From positions 54,364 to 118,363 of the forward strand of contig JBMNVE010000001.1 of NCBI GenBank assembly GCA_050946655.1: a stretch of 64,000 bases of DNA, given 5' to 3'. This document shows, in pieces, positions 38,543-47,557 of this stretch. This stretch comes from Anaerovoracaceae bacterium (GTDB lineage: Bacteria > Bacillota > Clostridia > Peptostreptococcales > Anaerovoracaceae). The number at the start of each line of letters is the position of its first letter. The first letter of the stretch is position 1. Position numbers and translations under genes: made by a program. The notes below the pieces were generated by a model. It ran no database searches. It was given only the letters and a program-made list of their open reading frames with translations, and was not told the origin of the DNA.

Positions 38543-38591
38543 CCGCTTTCCTCCTTACTACCTTACCGGGATATCATACCATTTTTTTTGT

Positions 38592-38625
38592 GGGAAGAAA
38601 ACAGGGAGTCACTGGGACTCCCCTG
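38592..38625 (-). terminator. Intrinsic terminator after lysA
   Basis: The minus-strand RNA has GGGAGUC-CCAGU-GACUCCC followed by UGUUUUCUU. It lies between the lysA stop and the hisD start. Confidence 0.7.
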
Positions 38626-38629
38626 ATTT

Positions 38630-39895
38630 TCAAAGAACTTCTCTCCTGATGAGCTCCCGATAGGACTGTCTTTTGACCACTAAGCGGCTATCTCCGCCTT
38701 TTGTCATGACCACCGGAAGGCCGGGAATCTTATTGTAATTGCTGGACATGGACCAACAGTAGGCCCCGGTGGAGAAGATGGCCAGCAGGTCTCCCCTCTC
38801 CGGCCGTTTCATCATCACATCCCTCAGAAGGATATCCCCCGATTCACAGCACTTGCCGCATACAGTTGTCTTTTCTTGGGCCTTCCCCGAAGATGTCCAA
38901 GCCTCATATTGGGCATCGTATAATGCAGGGCGGATATTGTCCGTCATGCCCCCGTCCACAGATACGTACCTGCGTACCCCGGGAATTTCCTTGGTACTCC
39001 CAACGGTATATAGGGTGACGCCTGCCTCCCCCACGATGCTCCTGCCCGGCTCCGTAACAACAGCAGGACGAGTTTTTCCTTTCTTTCGGTATTCCTCCTC
39101 TATTCGCTCCATAATGGGGTCCAGGAAATACCCATACGGCTTCACCTGGTCTTCCCGGGTGTACCGGATGCCAAAGCCGCCACCCACATTGATTTCCTTG
39201 GTTTGGAACCCGTACTTTTCTTCCAGGCGTTCTACGGTCTTCAGCAACACCTCCAGGGCTAGAAGGTAAGATTCGTTATCATGGAGCTGAGACCCCACAT
39301 GGAAGTGGAAGCCAAGGAGATCCAGATGAGGATGGCCCTGTATCCTTTCAAAGACCCCATCTACTTGGTCCATGGGGATGCCGAACTTGGAATCCAGGCT
39401 TCCGGTAGTGATGAAGCGGTGGGTATGGCTGTCCACACCGGGAGTGATCCGCATGAGCACCTTGATTTTTTTATTTTTTTCACTGCAAATTTGCTGAATC
39501 AATTCCGGCTCATCTGTGCCGTCTATGATGATTCTACCCACCCCGTAGTCAATGGCCATCTCCAGTTCTTCTCGAGATTTGTTGTTGCCGTTAAACTCGA
39601 TTTTTTCCGGTGGGAATTGGGCACAAATCGCTGTATACAGTTCTCCGCCGGAAACCACATCCAAGCAGAGCCCTTGCTCCTGGATGAACCTACACATAGC
39701 CAGTGGCAAAAAGGCCTTTCCCGCATAGGCGGCCCGGACATTTTCATATTTGTCCAGAAAGCTATCCCGAAGCTGCTTGACTTTCTTTTCCATGTGTTCC
39801 TGGCTGATGATCATCAAAGGAGTGCCGTACTCCCTTGCCAGTTCCCGGGCATCACAACCGTCTATGGCCAGTCTTCCGTTTTTTGTCTCTATCAC
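38630..39895 (-). CDS. lysA: Diaminopimelate decarboxylase
   Basis: 421 aa. PLP-dependent Orn/DAP/Arg decarboxylase pattern (AYAGKAF, HFHVGSQ, GGGFGI, CESGD). Confidence 0.95.
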   Translation of the reverse strand: MIETKNGRLAIDGCDARELAREYGTPLMIISQEHMEKKVKQLRDSFLDKYENVRAAYAGKAFLPLAMCRFIQEQGLCLDVVSGGELYTAICAQFPPEKIEFNGNNKSREELEMAIDYGVGRIIIDGTDEPELIQQICSEKNKKIKVLMRITPGVDSHTHRFITTGSLDSKFGIPMDQVDGVFERIQGHPHLDLLGFHFHVGSQLHDNESYLLALEVLLKTVERLEEKYGFQTKEINVGGGFGIRYTREDQVKPYGYFLDPIMERIEEEYRKKGKTRPAVVTEPGRSIVGEAGVTLYTVGSTKEIPGVRRYVSVDGGMTDNIRPALYDAQYEAWTSSGKAQEKTTVCGKCCESGDILLRDVMMKRPERGDLLAIFSTGAYCWSMSSNYNKIPGLPVVMTKGGDSRLVVKRQSYRELIRREVL

Positions 39896-39896
39896 C

Positions 39897-40664
39897 CTAC
39901 TCTCCTTGTCCTTTGCTGCTCAACATGTCTTCCATGGAATACAGACCCCGGGGCATGTTTGCAAGGTACCGGGCCGCCCGCAGCGCCCCTCTTGCAAAGA
40001 CTTCCCTGGAAAGTGCCGTATGCTTCAGTTCTATGATTTCATCCGGCCCGGCAAAGAGCACTGTATGCTCTCCCGCAATGGTGCCGCCTCTGACGGCATG
40101 GATCCCCATCTGGGACAGGAGACACTCATCATCCTTGCCGTGGCGACCGAAGAGCAATTCCTTTTCTTCCTCAAGGGAGCCGTTGACCGCATCTGCCAGA
40201 AGCAAAGCAGTACCGCTGGGCGAATCCTTTTTCATGGCGTGATGCTTTTCTATGATCTCCATGTGGAAATCCTTTTCCAAAGTGGGGGCAATCCCCTTAA
40301 TGACTTTGGCGAGAAGGTTGATGCCGATAGACATGTTGGCTGAGTGAAAGACGGGGATGCTCTGGGATGCCTCCCTGATCGCCCTCTTCTCTTCTTCTCC
40401 AAGCCCCGTAGTAGCAATGACAACGGGGATCCCTTTCTCTACGCAGCCTTGAAGCAATTCTCTCACTGCGCCGTAGTGGGAAAAGTCGATGACCACATCC
40501 CCTGCCACTTCCGAAGCAGCTGCTGTATGAAACACGGGATAGCCGCATCCGGAGCATGCTCCCACATCTACCCCGGCAGACACCCTTGTATCTGCTGTCT
40601 CTCCTATGATTTGAGAGAGAACCTGTCCCATTCGGCCGCCACATCCATGCAATATGATATCCAT
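39897..40664 (-). CDS. dapB: 4-hydroxy-tetrahydrodipicolinate reductase
   Basis: 255 aa. GCGGRMG dinucleotide motif and EKHHAMKKDSPSGTA, the DapB signature E(x)HHxxKxDxPSGTA. Confidence 0.95.
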   Translation of the reverse strand: MDIILHGCGGRMGQVLSQIIGETADTRVSAGVDVGACSGCGYPVFHTAAASEVAGDVVIDFSHYGAVRELLQGCVEKGIPVVIATTGLGEEEKRAIREASQSIPVFHSANMSIGINLLAKVIKGIAPTLEKDFHMEIIEKHHAMKKDSPSGTALLLADAVNGSLEEEKELLFGRHGKDDECLLSQMGIHAVRGGTIAGEHTVLFAGPDEIIELKHTALSREVFARGALRAARYLANMPRGLYSMEDMLSSKGQGE

Positions 40665-40673
40665 TTATCCCCC

Positions 40674-41555
40674 CTATATCAGTCCGTATGCGGACATTTC
40701 TCCTCTGATCCTGTCGGTTACAGCCTCACTGGGCGGACAAAGAGGTAAACGATATTCCAGCTCCATCTTTCCCATCATGTGCATGGCTGCTTTAACGGGG
40801 ATGGGGTTCACATCGGCGAACAAACTATCGATGAGGGGCTTCATAGAGAGCTGGAGTTCCCTGGCTCTATCCCAGTTTCCGGAAAGGGCTGCTGCGGACA
40901 TTTCTACCGAGTCAGCCGGTGCCACGTTGGCCAGGACAGAAATGTATCCTACGCCCCCAAGGGACATGAGGGGCACCACCATATCATCGTTGCCCGAGTA
41001 TACGGCGAAATCCTCCGGAACAAGCCTGCAAATTTCAGCCACTTGGGTGATAGATCCGCTGGCCTCCTTGATGCCCACAATGTTGGGGTGTTCCGCAAGA
41101 ACCGCTACCGTTTCCGGTGCTATGTTCACTCCCGTCCTTCCGGGGACAGAGTACAACAGGCAAGGGATGTCCACCGCATCTGCCGTTGCCGTGTAATGTT
41201 CTATGAGGCCCTGCTGTGAGCATTTGTTGTAATAAGGAGTGACCAGCAAAAGACCGTCTACTCCCGTTTCCTCTATCCGCCTTGCCAAATTGATCCCATG
41301 CCTGGTGTCGTTGCTGCCGGCACCGCCGATGACGGGCACTCTGCCTGCTGTTGCTTCCACGCAGAATCGGATCGCCTCAACATGCTCATCGTCATCCAGA
41401 GTAGATGCTTCACCGGTCGTCCCGCAGACAATGATGGCATCGATGCCTTCGTCGATCTGCCAATCGATGATCTGTGCAAACCTTTCCTCATCCACTCTTC
41501 CGTCCGCCATGAATGGAGTTACGATCGCCACTCCACATCCTGTAAAAATCGCCAT
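40674..41555 (-). CDS. dapA: 4-hydroxy-tetrahydrodipicolinate synthase
   Basis: MAIFTGCGVAIVTPF..GTTGEASTL..YYNK. Start at ATG 41555 with an AGGAGGAAAAACAA RBS. The track extension upstream is inside the riboswitch terminator. Confidence 0.95.
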   Translation of the reverse strand: MAIFTGCGVAIVTPFMADGRVDEERFAQIIDWQIDEGIDAIIVCGTTGEASTLDDDEHVEAIRFCVEATAGRVPVIGGAGSNDTRHGINLARRIEETGVDGLLLVTPYYNKCSQQGLIEHYTATADAVDIPCLLYSVPGRTGVNIAPETVAVLAEHPNIVGIKEASGSITQVAEICRLVPEDFAVYSGNDDMVVPLMSLGGVGYISVLANVAPADSVEMSAAALSGNWDRARELQLSMKPLIDSLFADVNPIPVKAAMHMMGKMELEYRLPLCPPSEAVTDRIRGEMSAYGLI

Positions 41556-41600
41556 TTGTTTTTCCTCCTGTTTTCTTTTCCTACTACTTCCTATGGCTAT

Positions 41601-41816
41601 AAAAAAAGTTGCATCGCCCATTGATGCAACCGAAAAACTTTACAGTAGTGTTGTCATCAATAGCTCCTCTGCCACTATAGCGGCAGGAGTCTGAAGCGTA
41701 TTTCGCTCCATCCCAGAAAACGCACCGTACCCGGTTTGTCCTTCGGCGATATCTCCTTTCCCCGGTTTCATCGGCCGTCGCCTCCCCCGGGTACTCTTAT
41801 CTATCGCACCTCTATC
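41601..41816 (-). promoter_or_regulatory. Lysine riboswitch (L-box) with terminator expression platform, leader of dapA-dapB-lysA
   Basis: The minus strand reads GATAGAGGTGCGATAGATAAGAGTA..GGGGA..TCGCCGAAGGA..CTGGGATGGAGCG..ACTGTAAAG. This matches the conserved L-box cores as in B. subtilis lysC. It ends in the hairpin GTTGCATC-loop-GATGCAAC followed by TTTTTTT (41601-41630). Confidence 0.9.
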
Positions 41817-41831
41817 AACTTTATGTTTTTC

Positions 41832-41860
41832 ATTGTATTTAATGTTTTGTGATTTGTCAA
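41832..41860 (-). promoter_or_regulatory. Sigma-A promoter of the L-box/dapA operon
   Basis: The minus strand reads TTGACA-17 nt-TACAAT. It is preceded by a long A-tract (UP-element-like), about 15 nt upstream of the riboswitch 5' conserved core. Confidence 0.7.
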
Positions 41861-41914
41861 CAACAATCACAAAGTTTTTTTATTTTTTTTGTATTTAATC
41901 ACAAATTCCTTCGT

Positions 41915-42928
41915 TCACTGGAGAGAAAAGAAGTATTTCATGGTTCGTATCAACTGATTTACATAGCTCATTTCATTGTCATACCATGCAACTACCCTTA
42001 CTTCATAGATCTTTGTTCCGCATCGCTGAGCCAGTGTCTGAGTGGCATCAAAAAGGGAGCCATAGCTCATGCCGATGGTGTCGGAAGACACCAATTCTTC
42101 CTCCGTGTATCCGAAGGACTCATTGGCTGCCGCTTTCATTGCCGCATTGATCCCTTCTACGGAAACAGTTTCTGTATTGTCCTTCAAGGTGGCATCCAAT
42201 ATAGTGATCGACCCGGAGGGTACCGGAACTCTCTGGGCTGAACCGATGAGTTTTCCGTGAAGTTCCGGAATCACCAGGCCGATAGCCTTTGCCGCTCCCG
42301 TACTGTTGGGGACGATGTTGATGGCTCCCGCCCTTGCCCTTCTGAAATCGTTCTTTCGATGAGGACCGTCAAGAATCATTTGATCACCGGTATATGCGTG
42401 GATGGTCGTCATAAATCCCGTTCGAAGCTCCCGATATTCATTGAGGACCTTCGCCATAGGTGCCAGGCAGTTGGTGGTGCAGGACGCTCCGGAGATGACC
42501 ACATCGTCCTTTGATAAGGTGTGGTGGTTTACACCGTATACGATGGTCTTGATATCATTTCCCGCCGGTGCAGATATAATGACTTTTTTTGCCCCGGAAT
42601 CGATGTGGGCCATGCTCTTTTCCTTTGACGCAAAGAAGCCGGTGCACTCAAGGACAATGTCCACATCCAGGTCTCCCCAGGGAAGATTCGCCGGATCCGG
42701 CTCTTTGAAAATCGGGATCTTCTTCCCGTCAACGATGATGGAATCCTCATCGCTCTCCACCCGGTGGCCGCTGAAAGGCCCCTGGACCGAGTCATACTTG
42801 AGAAGGTGGGCCAGCATCTCCGGCTGAGCAAGATCATTGATGGCAACCACTTCTACGTTTTTATCTTCAAACACCTTTCGGAAGGTCAACCTTCCTATCC
42901 TACCAAATCCATTGATCGCAACTTTCAT
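41915..42928 (-). CDS. gap: Type I glyceraldehyde-3-phosphate dehydrogenase
   Basis: [17 protein letters not shown].., active site [10 protein letters not shown], 337 aa. Confidence 0.96.
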   Translation of the reverse strand: MKVAINGFGRIGRLTFRKVFEDKNVEVVAINDLAQPEMLAHLLKYDSVQGPFSGHRVESDEDSIIVDGKKIPIFKEPDPANLPWGDLDVDIVLECTGFFASKEKSMAHIDSGAKKVIISAPAGNDIKTIVYGVNHHTLSKDDVVISGASCTTNCLAPMAKVLNEYRELRTGFMTTIHAYTGDQMILDGPHRKNDFRRARAGAINIVPNSTGAAKAIGLVIPELHGKLIGSAQRVPVPSGSITILDATLKDNTETVSVEGINAAMKAAANESFGYTEEELVSSDTIGMSYGSLFDATQTLAQRCGTKIYEVRVVAWYDNEMSYVNQLIRTMKYFFSLQ

Positions 42929-43186
42929 CCTTCTCTCTCCTTTTCATTTCCCATAGGCCGGCATGGCCCTCCCGGCAATAACGGTATGCCCCAAGTCACA
43001 GGCCTTTCCTCATTATACATGAGCGATATTTTCATACATCATAACAAAAATGGCAAAAGATATCAAAGTTTAGAACGCTGACCAGGGTGTCAGGTTTTTG
43101 TAGGGGACTAAACCGCAGAACAACCTTTCCGCGAGCCCGTTGACCTTTGTATTCGGTCAAAGTATTTGCCACCAGTTATACAAGTT

Positions 43187-43714
43187 TCATCTGACGACTT
43201 GCCGTCCTTTCTTTGTCCTGATGAACGTCAGCTGATCCAAGTCCCCGTTGAAATTGTCTGTATAGTCCCTGATCAGGGTGGCCTTAAACTTTCCCCGCCA
43301 ATATTTACATTCATATTTCAAAAGAGCATCTTTGTGGTACCCTTTACTACTTGCTTTAACGCGTTCCGTATCTTTATGGATCCACATGATTGGATCATGC
43401 TCCCTGAAGGTCACTCGGACAGGGACGGTTTCTCCATTCAGGACAATTTCTCCCAATGGCTTATCATAATCCTCACGACCTTCATATACTGTTGTTTTGT
43501 CTATCATCGTAAAAGAAATACTCCCTTCGGTACTTTCCCATTGCTCTTCACTGTACCGTGCCGGTGCATTCCTAAGGTTAGGGTAGAAGAAAAGGAAAAG
43601 CAAATATAGCATTAATGCAAGCACAAAACAGCCTATTAACACAAGAAAAACCTTCTCCTCGGTATAAAGTTTTATTTTTTTCCCAGTGTTCTTCTGTAAT
43701 AAATGCGATCCCAT
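43187..43714 (-). CDS. Hypothetical membrane-anchored protein
   Basis: 175 aa. One N-terminal TM (VFLVLIGCFVLALMLYLLFLFFY) followed by a ~110-aa soluble domain. I recognise no family, and the start is uncertain. Confidence 0.5.
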   Translation of the reverse strand: MGSHLLQKNTGKKIKLYTEEKVFLVLIGCFVLALMLYLLFLFFYPNLRNAPARYSEEQWESTEGSISFTMIDKTTVYEGREDYDKPLGEIVLNGETVPVRVTFREHDPIMWIHKDTERVKASSKGYHKDALLKYECKYWRGKFKATLIRDYTDNFNGDLDQLTFIRTKKGRQVVR

Positions 43715-43881
43715 GGAATATCCTCCCCCGATTGAATTTCTTCTCCTTCATCAATACTAACATATCTAGGTGCTCTATGTTTTTTTATTTCTCTTTTTCT
43801 CTATAAGCATTTTACGGTTTGAGCACCGGCCACTGACAAAGGTGTCGGTAGAAAAATATCACGGATATGTGATTTTTCGGG

Positions 43882-43909
43882 TAGAAATATCCATAATTCA
43901 TGATATAAT
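43882..43909 (+). promoter_or_regulatory. Candidate promoter for tRNA-Pro
   Basis: Extended -10 TGATATAAT at 43901-43909, about 15 nt before the tRNA. The -35 (TAGAAA) is weak. Confidence 0.4.
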
Positions 43910-43924
43910 GTTATTCGTTGGTTT

Positions 43925-44001
43925 CGGGACGTGGCGCAGCTTGGTAGCGCGATTGCTTCGGGAGTAATAGGCCGCAGGTTCGAATCCTGTCGTCCCGACC
44001 A
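43925..44001 (+). tRNA. tRNA-Pro (anticodon CGG)
   Basis: Hand-folded from CGGGACG-TG-GCGCAGCTTGGTAGCGC-G-ATTGC/TTCGGGA/GTAAT-AGGCC-GCAGG/TTCGAAT/CCTGT-CGTCCCG-A-CCA. Confidence 0.9.
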
Positions 44002-44023
44002 TAGTATTACGCTTTAGGCGTTG

Positions 44024-44067
44024 AAAAGTCTACATTCCTTGTCTTTTCAGTGGAATGTAGACTTTTT
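44024..44067. terminator. Bidirectional intrinsic terminator between tRNA-Pro (+) and the radical-SAM gene (-)
   Basis: 15-bp perfect stem AAAAGTCTACATTCC / GGAATGTAGACTTTT with a 13-nt loop. The A-run and T-run give U-tracts on both strands. Confidence 0.8.
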
Positions 44068-44091
44068 CATTGTGGCAAATTAGTTTTAGGG

Positions 44092-45435
44092 TCATCTGGG
44101 TTCTGCCCAAAGGCGATCAGCAACCGGTTCCCACCTATCCGCAGCATGGGTGCACTTGCCACAAAGTTTGTCTACGTCTTCCGGATTCCTTAAGTCCGTG
44201 GACTTGGCCCGACTGGCCTTGACCATATCCGCCAGCTTCCCTTTGTTGTCCAATAGGGGACAAGGCCGAAGCATGTTTCCGTTAAATGGATGGTTCTGTC
44301 GATATGCCATAAACAGTGGTGACCTGTAGGCTTCCAGCAAGGTCTTCTCCTTTATGTTCGAATCGGAGTAATGGATGAAGGCGCATGGCTCGATGTCGCC
44401 GTTGGCATTGATGTGAAGATAATTTCTCCCCCCGGCTATACAGCCGCCCACAAACTCTCCGTCATTCCAAAAATCCATGGTGAAAATGGGCTTATTCTTT
44501 CGGAATCTGCGAATCTGACGATACATATATTCCCTCTGTTCAGCGGTAGCCATCAACTCCGGCACCGCTTCCGCGCCCACGGGCATATACGTAAAGAACC
44601 AGGCAAACTTGGCACCCCTTGCGATCATATCATCCATGTACGCTTCGCTGCCGACCACCTGTGTGTTTTCGCTGGTGTAACAACAGGAGATACCGAAGAT
44701 GAGTTTTTTCTTCTTGAGGATCTCCATAGCCTCCACCACCTTGTCATAGGTGCCCTCGCCCCTTCTGGCATCGGTTTCCTCCCTGAACCCTTCCACGCTG
44801 ATGGCCGGAATGAAGTTTTTGATGCGAAGCATTTCGTCTGCGAATTCTTCATCAATCAAGGTCCCGTTGGTGAAAGCAAGAAATTGACAGTCTTTATGCT
44901 TTTCACAGAGTTTGATCACATCTTCCTTCCGCACTAGCGGTTCTCCGCCGGAGAAGATATACATAAAGGTGCCCAACTCTTTCCCTTGAGTGATGATGTC
45001 ATCCAGGGTCTCAAAACTCAAGTTTAGCCGGTCTCCGTATTCCGCTGCCCAGCAACCGACACAATTAAGGTTACAAGCCGAGGTTGGATCCAGCAAAATA
45101 GCCCAGGGTATATTGCAATTGTACTTCGCTCTGTTTTCATTCTGCCTCTGTATCCCGATCATCCCGGTGTTGATGATGTAGTTTTCAAAGAATCGCATGC
45201 GAACACCGTCATCGATATCGGTCCAAAGGCTCTTCATATATTTATACCAAAGGCTGTCCTTATCCTCGATGAAACTGCGAAAAAAAGATCGATATTTCTC
45301 ATACTCTCCCCTGGTGTCAAATCGATCCGCCCAATCGATAAGCTTAGGCAAATTGCGATCCGGATCGGATTCCACATACTTCAGTGCCTGTTTGACCATT
45401 TCCATTTGCAGCTGTTCTTTTAATGTTTTCTTCAT
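44092..45435 (-). CDS. Radical SAM protein with a SPASM/twitch-type C-terminal Cys region, function unknown
   Basis: 447 aa. CNLNCVGCW is a CxxxCxxC site. Later Cys strings are GGCIAGGRNYLHINANGDIEPCAF, RPCPLL and CGKC. A ~110-aa helical N-terminal extension precedes the core. Confidence 0.8.
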   Translation of the reverse strand: MKKTLKEQLQMEMVKQALKYVESDPDRNLPKLIDWADRFDTRGEYEKYRSFFRSFIEDKDSLWYKYMKSLWTDIDDGVRMRFFENYIINTGMIGIQRQNENRAKYNCNIPWAILLDPTSACNLNCVGCWAAEYGDRLNLSFETLDDIITQGKELGTFMYIFSGGEPLVRKEDVIKLCEKHKDCQFLAFTNGTLIDEEFADEMLRIKNFIPAISVEGFREETDARRGEGTYDKVVEAMEILKKKKLIFGISCCYTSENTQVVGSEAYMDDMIARGAKFAWFFTYMPVGAEAVPELMATAEQREYMYRQIRRFRKNKPIFTMDFWNDGEFVGGCIAGGRNYLHINANGDIEPCAFIHYSDSNIKEKTLLEAYRSPLFMAYRQNHPFNGNMLRPCPLLDNKGKLADMVKASRAKSTDLRNPEDVDKLCGKCTHAADRWEPVADRLWAEPR

Positions 45436-45885
45436 TTTGTCCTCCTCTTCCCTTCTCTTGTTATTCTTTCCCTCACAACAAAATCTTCGCTAAAACCGAA
45501 GGAGCAGCCTTTAAAAGGACAATATCAACCAAAAATATCGGTACATGAAAGGTGCATGATGCCCTACGTATCCGGGAAGAAAAATATTAAAACTAGTTGT
45601 ATATGATAATAAAGATTCCCGTAACGTGCGACGGCGCTGTCTCAAAACGCGAGATAGGGCAGGATGATCTTCCTCATATAGGGCTGATCAACCGGCATAT
45701 ATGAACGAAGGATTGGACTCTATGGCGGAATTGTCGACTCGGTTATGCGCCTCCCTTCAACAGTCTTCTTTCTCCTGATTCTTTGAATTATTATACCATA
45801 AATTGTTTTAATAATCTATATTTTTACATGCTTTTTTCCGATCATGTATACATTGCTTTTTGTCAGAAGTACCCTTAAACTGTAA

Positions 45886-45907
45886 ATTGTATGGATATCC
45901 ATACAAT
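45886..45907. promoter_or_regulatory. 22-bp perfect palindrome (operator candidate) overlapping the thioesterase promoter
   Basis: The sequence is ATTGTATGGAT|ATCCATACAAT. It overlaps a candidate -10 (TTGTCA 45860-45865, 17 nt, TAAATT 45883-45888) and lies 31 nt upstream of ATG 45938. Confidence 0.6.
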
Positions 45908-45937
45908 CCGATCGATATCATTACAAAAGGAGCACAC

Positions 45938-46363
45938 ATGAAGGAATATCTCATCTCTCATCTAGTCAAGTCAGAAGATCTAAATCACCACGGGACCTTA
46001 TTTGCCGGACGTTCCACGGAATGGCTGGTTGAGGCGGGTTTTATTGCAGCCGCCGCAGAGCACGGCAGACCCCAAGATGTACTGTGCATCAACGTGCACG
46101 GCTTCATCTTTAAAAAACCGGTGCAAAAAGGGACGATTCTTACCCTCCACTCGAGAATTGCAAAGGTGGGACGCAGCAGTATAACCGTATATGTAAAGGC
46201 CATCTCGGAAATTGAGCAGAACCAAAATGTAGACGGCTTTCTGACCTTTGTGTGCGTAGAGCCGGACACAAAGAAGAGCCGTGCCCACGGCCTTACTTTA
46301 GATGAGCCACAAGATCAAGAGGAAGTGAATATTCGCAAAAGGGCTTTGGAGTTGATGCTGTAA
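45938..46363 (+). CDS. Acyl-CoA thioesterase (hotdog fold, YciA/BFIT-like)
   Basis: MKEYLISHLVKSEDLNHHGTLFAGRSTEWLVEAG matches the acyl-CoA hydrolase motif pattern (D.N..G..FGG....W.D). Start chosen at ATG 45938 after an AAAGGAG RBS. Confidence 0.8.
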   Translation: MKEYLISHLVKSEDLNHHGTLFAGRSTEWLVEAGFIAAAAEHGRPQDVLCINVHGFIFKKPVQKGTILTLHSRIAKVGRSSITVYVKAISEIEQNQNVDGFLTFVCVEPDTKKSRAHGLTLDEPQDQEEVNIRKRALELML

Positions 46364-46416
46364 ATATCTGTTCATCCTATTCGTTCCGGCAGTTTTTCCT
46401 TTATTCTCTTCTATGA

Positions 46417-46448
46417 CAAAACCCTCCCCCGGCTAAAGCCGGGGGAGG
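46417..46448. terminator. Intrinsic terminator shared by etfA (-) and the thioesterase (+)
   Basis: 11-bp GC-rich stem CCTCCCCCGGC-TAAA-GCCGGGGGAGG. The minus-strand transcript continues GUUUUGU. Confidence 0.8.
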
Positions 46449-46494
46449 ATCTCTTACTGCTCAAGTGAACAGAAAACCGTCATGGTCTTAGGCT

Positions 46495-47532
46495 TTATGC
46501 GTTTTCCTTTTCCGCGTCAGCCTTGTACTTTCTCACTGCCTCCAGGAGCTTGGGTACGATCACCTTTACATCCCCAACGACGCCCAGGTCGGATACGTCG
46601 AAGACGGCAGCAGTGTCGTTCTTGTTGATGGCGATGACATAGTCAGAGCCTTCCATCCCTGCCACGTGCTGGATGGCACCGGAGATACCGCAGGCCAGGT
46701 ACAGTTCGGGACGAACGGTCTTTCCGGTCTGTCCTACCTGTCTTTCTCTTTCGATCCATCCTGCGTCTACGTTGGCTCTGGAAGAAGAGATCTCTCCGCC
46801 GATCTCATCGGCCAGTTCCTTCAGCACCGAGTAGAACTCGGGGCTACCGATCCCGCGGCCGCCGGAAACCAGTCTCTTGGCTTCGGTGATGTCCACCTTC
46901 TTGTGGGTCTCTTTCACCACCTGCTTCACCACCAGGTTCATGTCTTCGGGTACGAAGTCCACTTTGATCTCACGGACTTCTCCTGTTCTGGTGTGGTCCG
47001 CCGGCAGGCGCTTCATCACCCCGGGGCGTACTGTTGCCATCTGGGGACGATGGGTCTTGCAGAGGATGGTCGCCATGATGTTCCCGCCGAAGGCAGGTCT
47101 GGTCATGAACAAAAGCTTTTTGCCTTCGTCTTCTTCCTTTGCTTTCCAAACGTCGATGTCCAGCTTGGTGCAGTCCGCCGTCAGTCCGGTGTGGATCCTG
47201 GATGCCACTCTGGGAGCCAGGTCTCTTCCGATGGCCGTAGCACCAAACAGCAGGATCTCCGGGTCGCATTCCTTGATCACCTGGGTCAGGGCCTTGGCAT
47301 AGGGCTCCGTCACATACTCATGGAGCATGGGGTCTTCCACATATACTACTTCATCGGCACCTGCCTCTATGAGGGACTGTGCCTTGTCTTTGATCTCGTC
47401 CCCGATCAGGATCCCTACGACCTTCTGATCCAGGTCCTTGGCCAGTTTGGTGGCCTCACCCAGCAGTTCAAAGGCGACTTTGACGACATGTCCATCTCTT
47501 TGTTCCGCCACTACATAGATATCTTTACTCAT
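46495..47532 (-). CDS. etfA: Electron transfer flavoprotein subunit alpha
   Basis: 345 aa. C-terminal FAD domain strings are PELYLACGISGAIQHVAGM and AINKNDTAAVF. Confidence 0.93.
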   Translation of the reverse strand: MSKDIYVVAEQRDGHVVKVAFELLGEATKLAKDLDQKVVGILIGDEIKDKAQSLIEAGADEVVYVEDPMLHEYVTEPYAKALTQVIKECDPEILLFGATAIGRDLAPRVASRIHTGLTADCTKLDIDVWKAKEEDEGKKLLFMTRPAFGGNIMATILCKTHRPQMATVRPGVMKRLPADHTRTGEVREIKVDFVPEDMNLVVKQVVKETHKKVDITEAKRLVSGGRGIGSPEFYSVLKELADEIGGEISSSRANVDAGWIERERQVGQTGKTVRPELYLACGISGAIQHVAGMEGSDYVIAINKNDTAAVFDVSDLGVVGDVKVIVPKLLEAVRKYKADAEKENA

Positions 47533-47557
47533 CTTAAAGATTCCTCCTTTTCACCTG

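Noticed and set aside
41640-41870. 76-aa minus-strand ORF upstream of dapA
   Set aside because: It lies inside the lysine riboswitch and its promoter. The conserved L-box cores explain the sequence.
41846-41890. A hairpin (TTTGTGATT..AATCACAAA) followed by a 16-nt T-rich run on the plus strand, looking like a strong plus-strand terminator with no plus-strand gene to terminate
   Set aside because: Read on the minus strand, the stem contains the -35 TTGACA of the L-box promoter, and the A-tract sits where an UP element would be. On the minus strand there is no U-tract after the hairpin, so it is not a gap terminator either.
42929-43186. A structured-looking GC-rich 5' leader of gap (GGCC..GGCATGCC..GGCC) and possible CggR-type control
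   Set aside because: There are no CggR-like direct repeats (CGGGAC..TGTC), no cggR gene and no match to a riboswitch core I know. A TATAAT with TG extension plausibly explains the region as a plain promoter plus leader.
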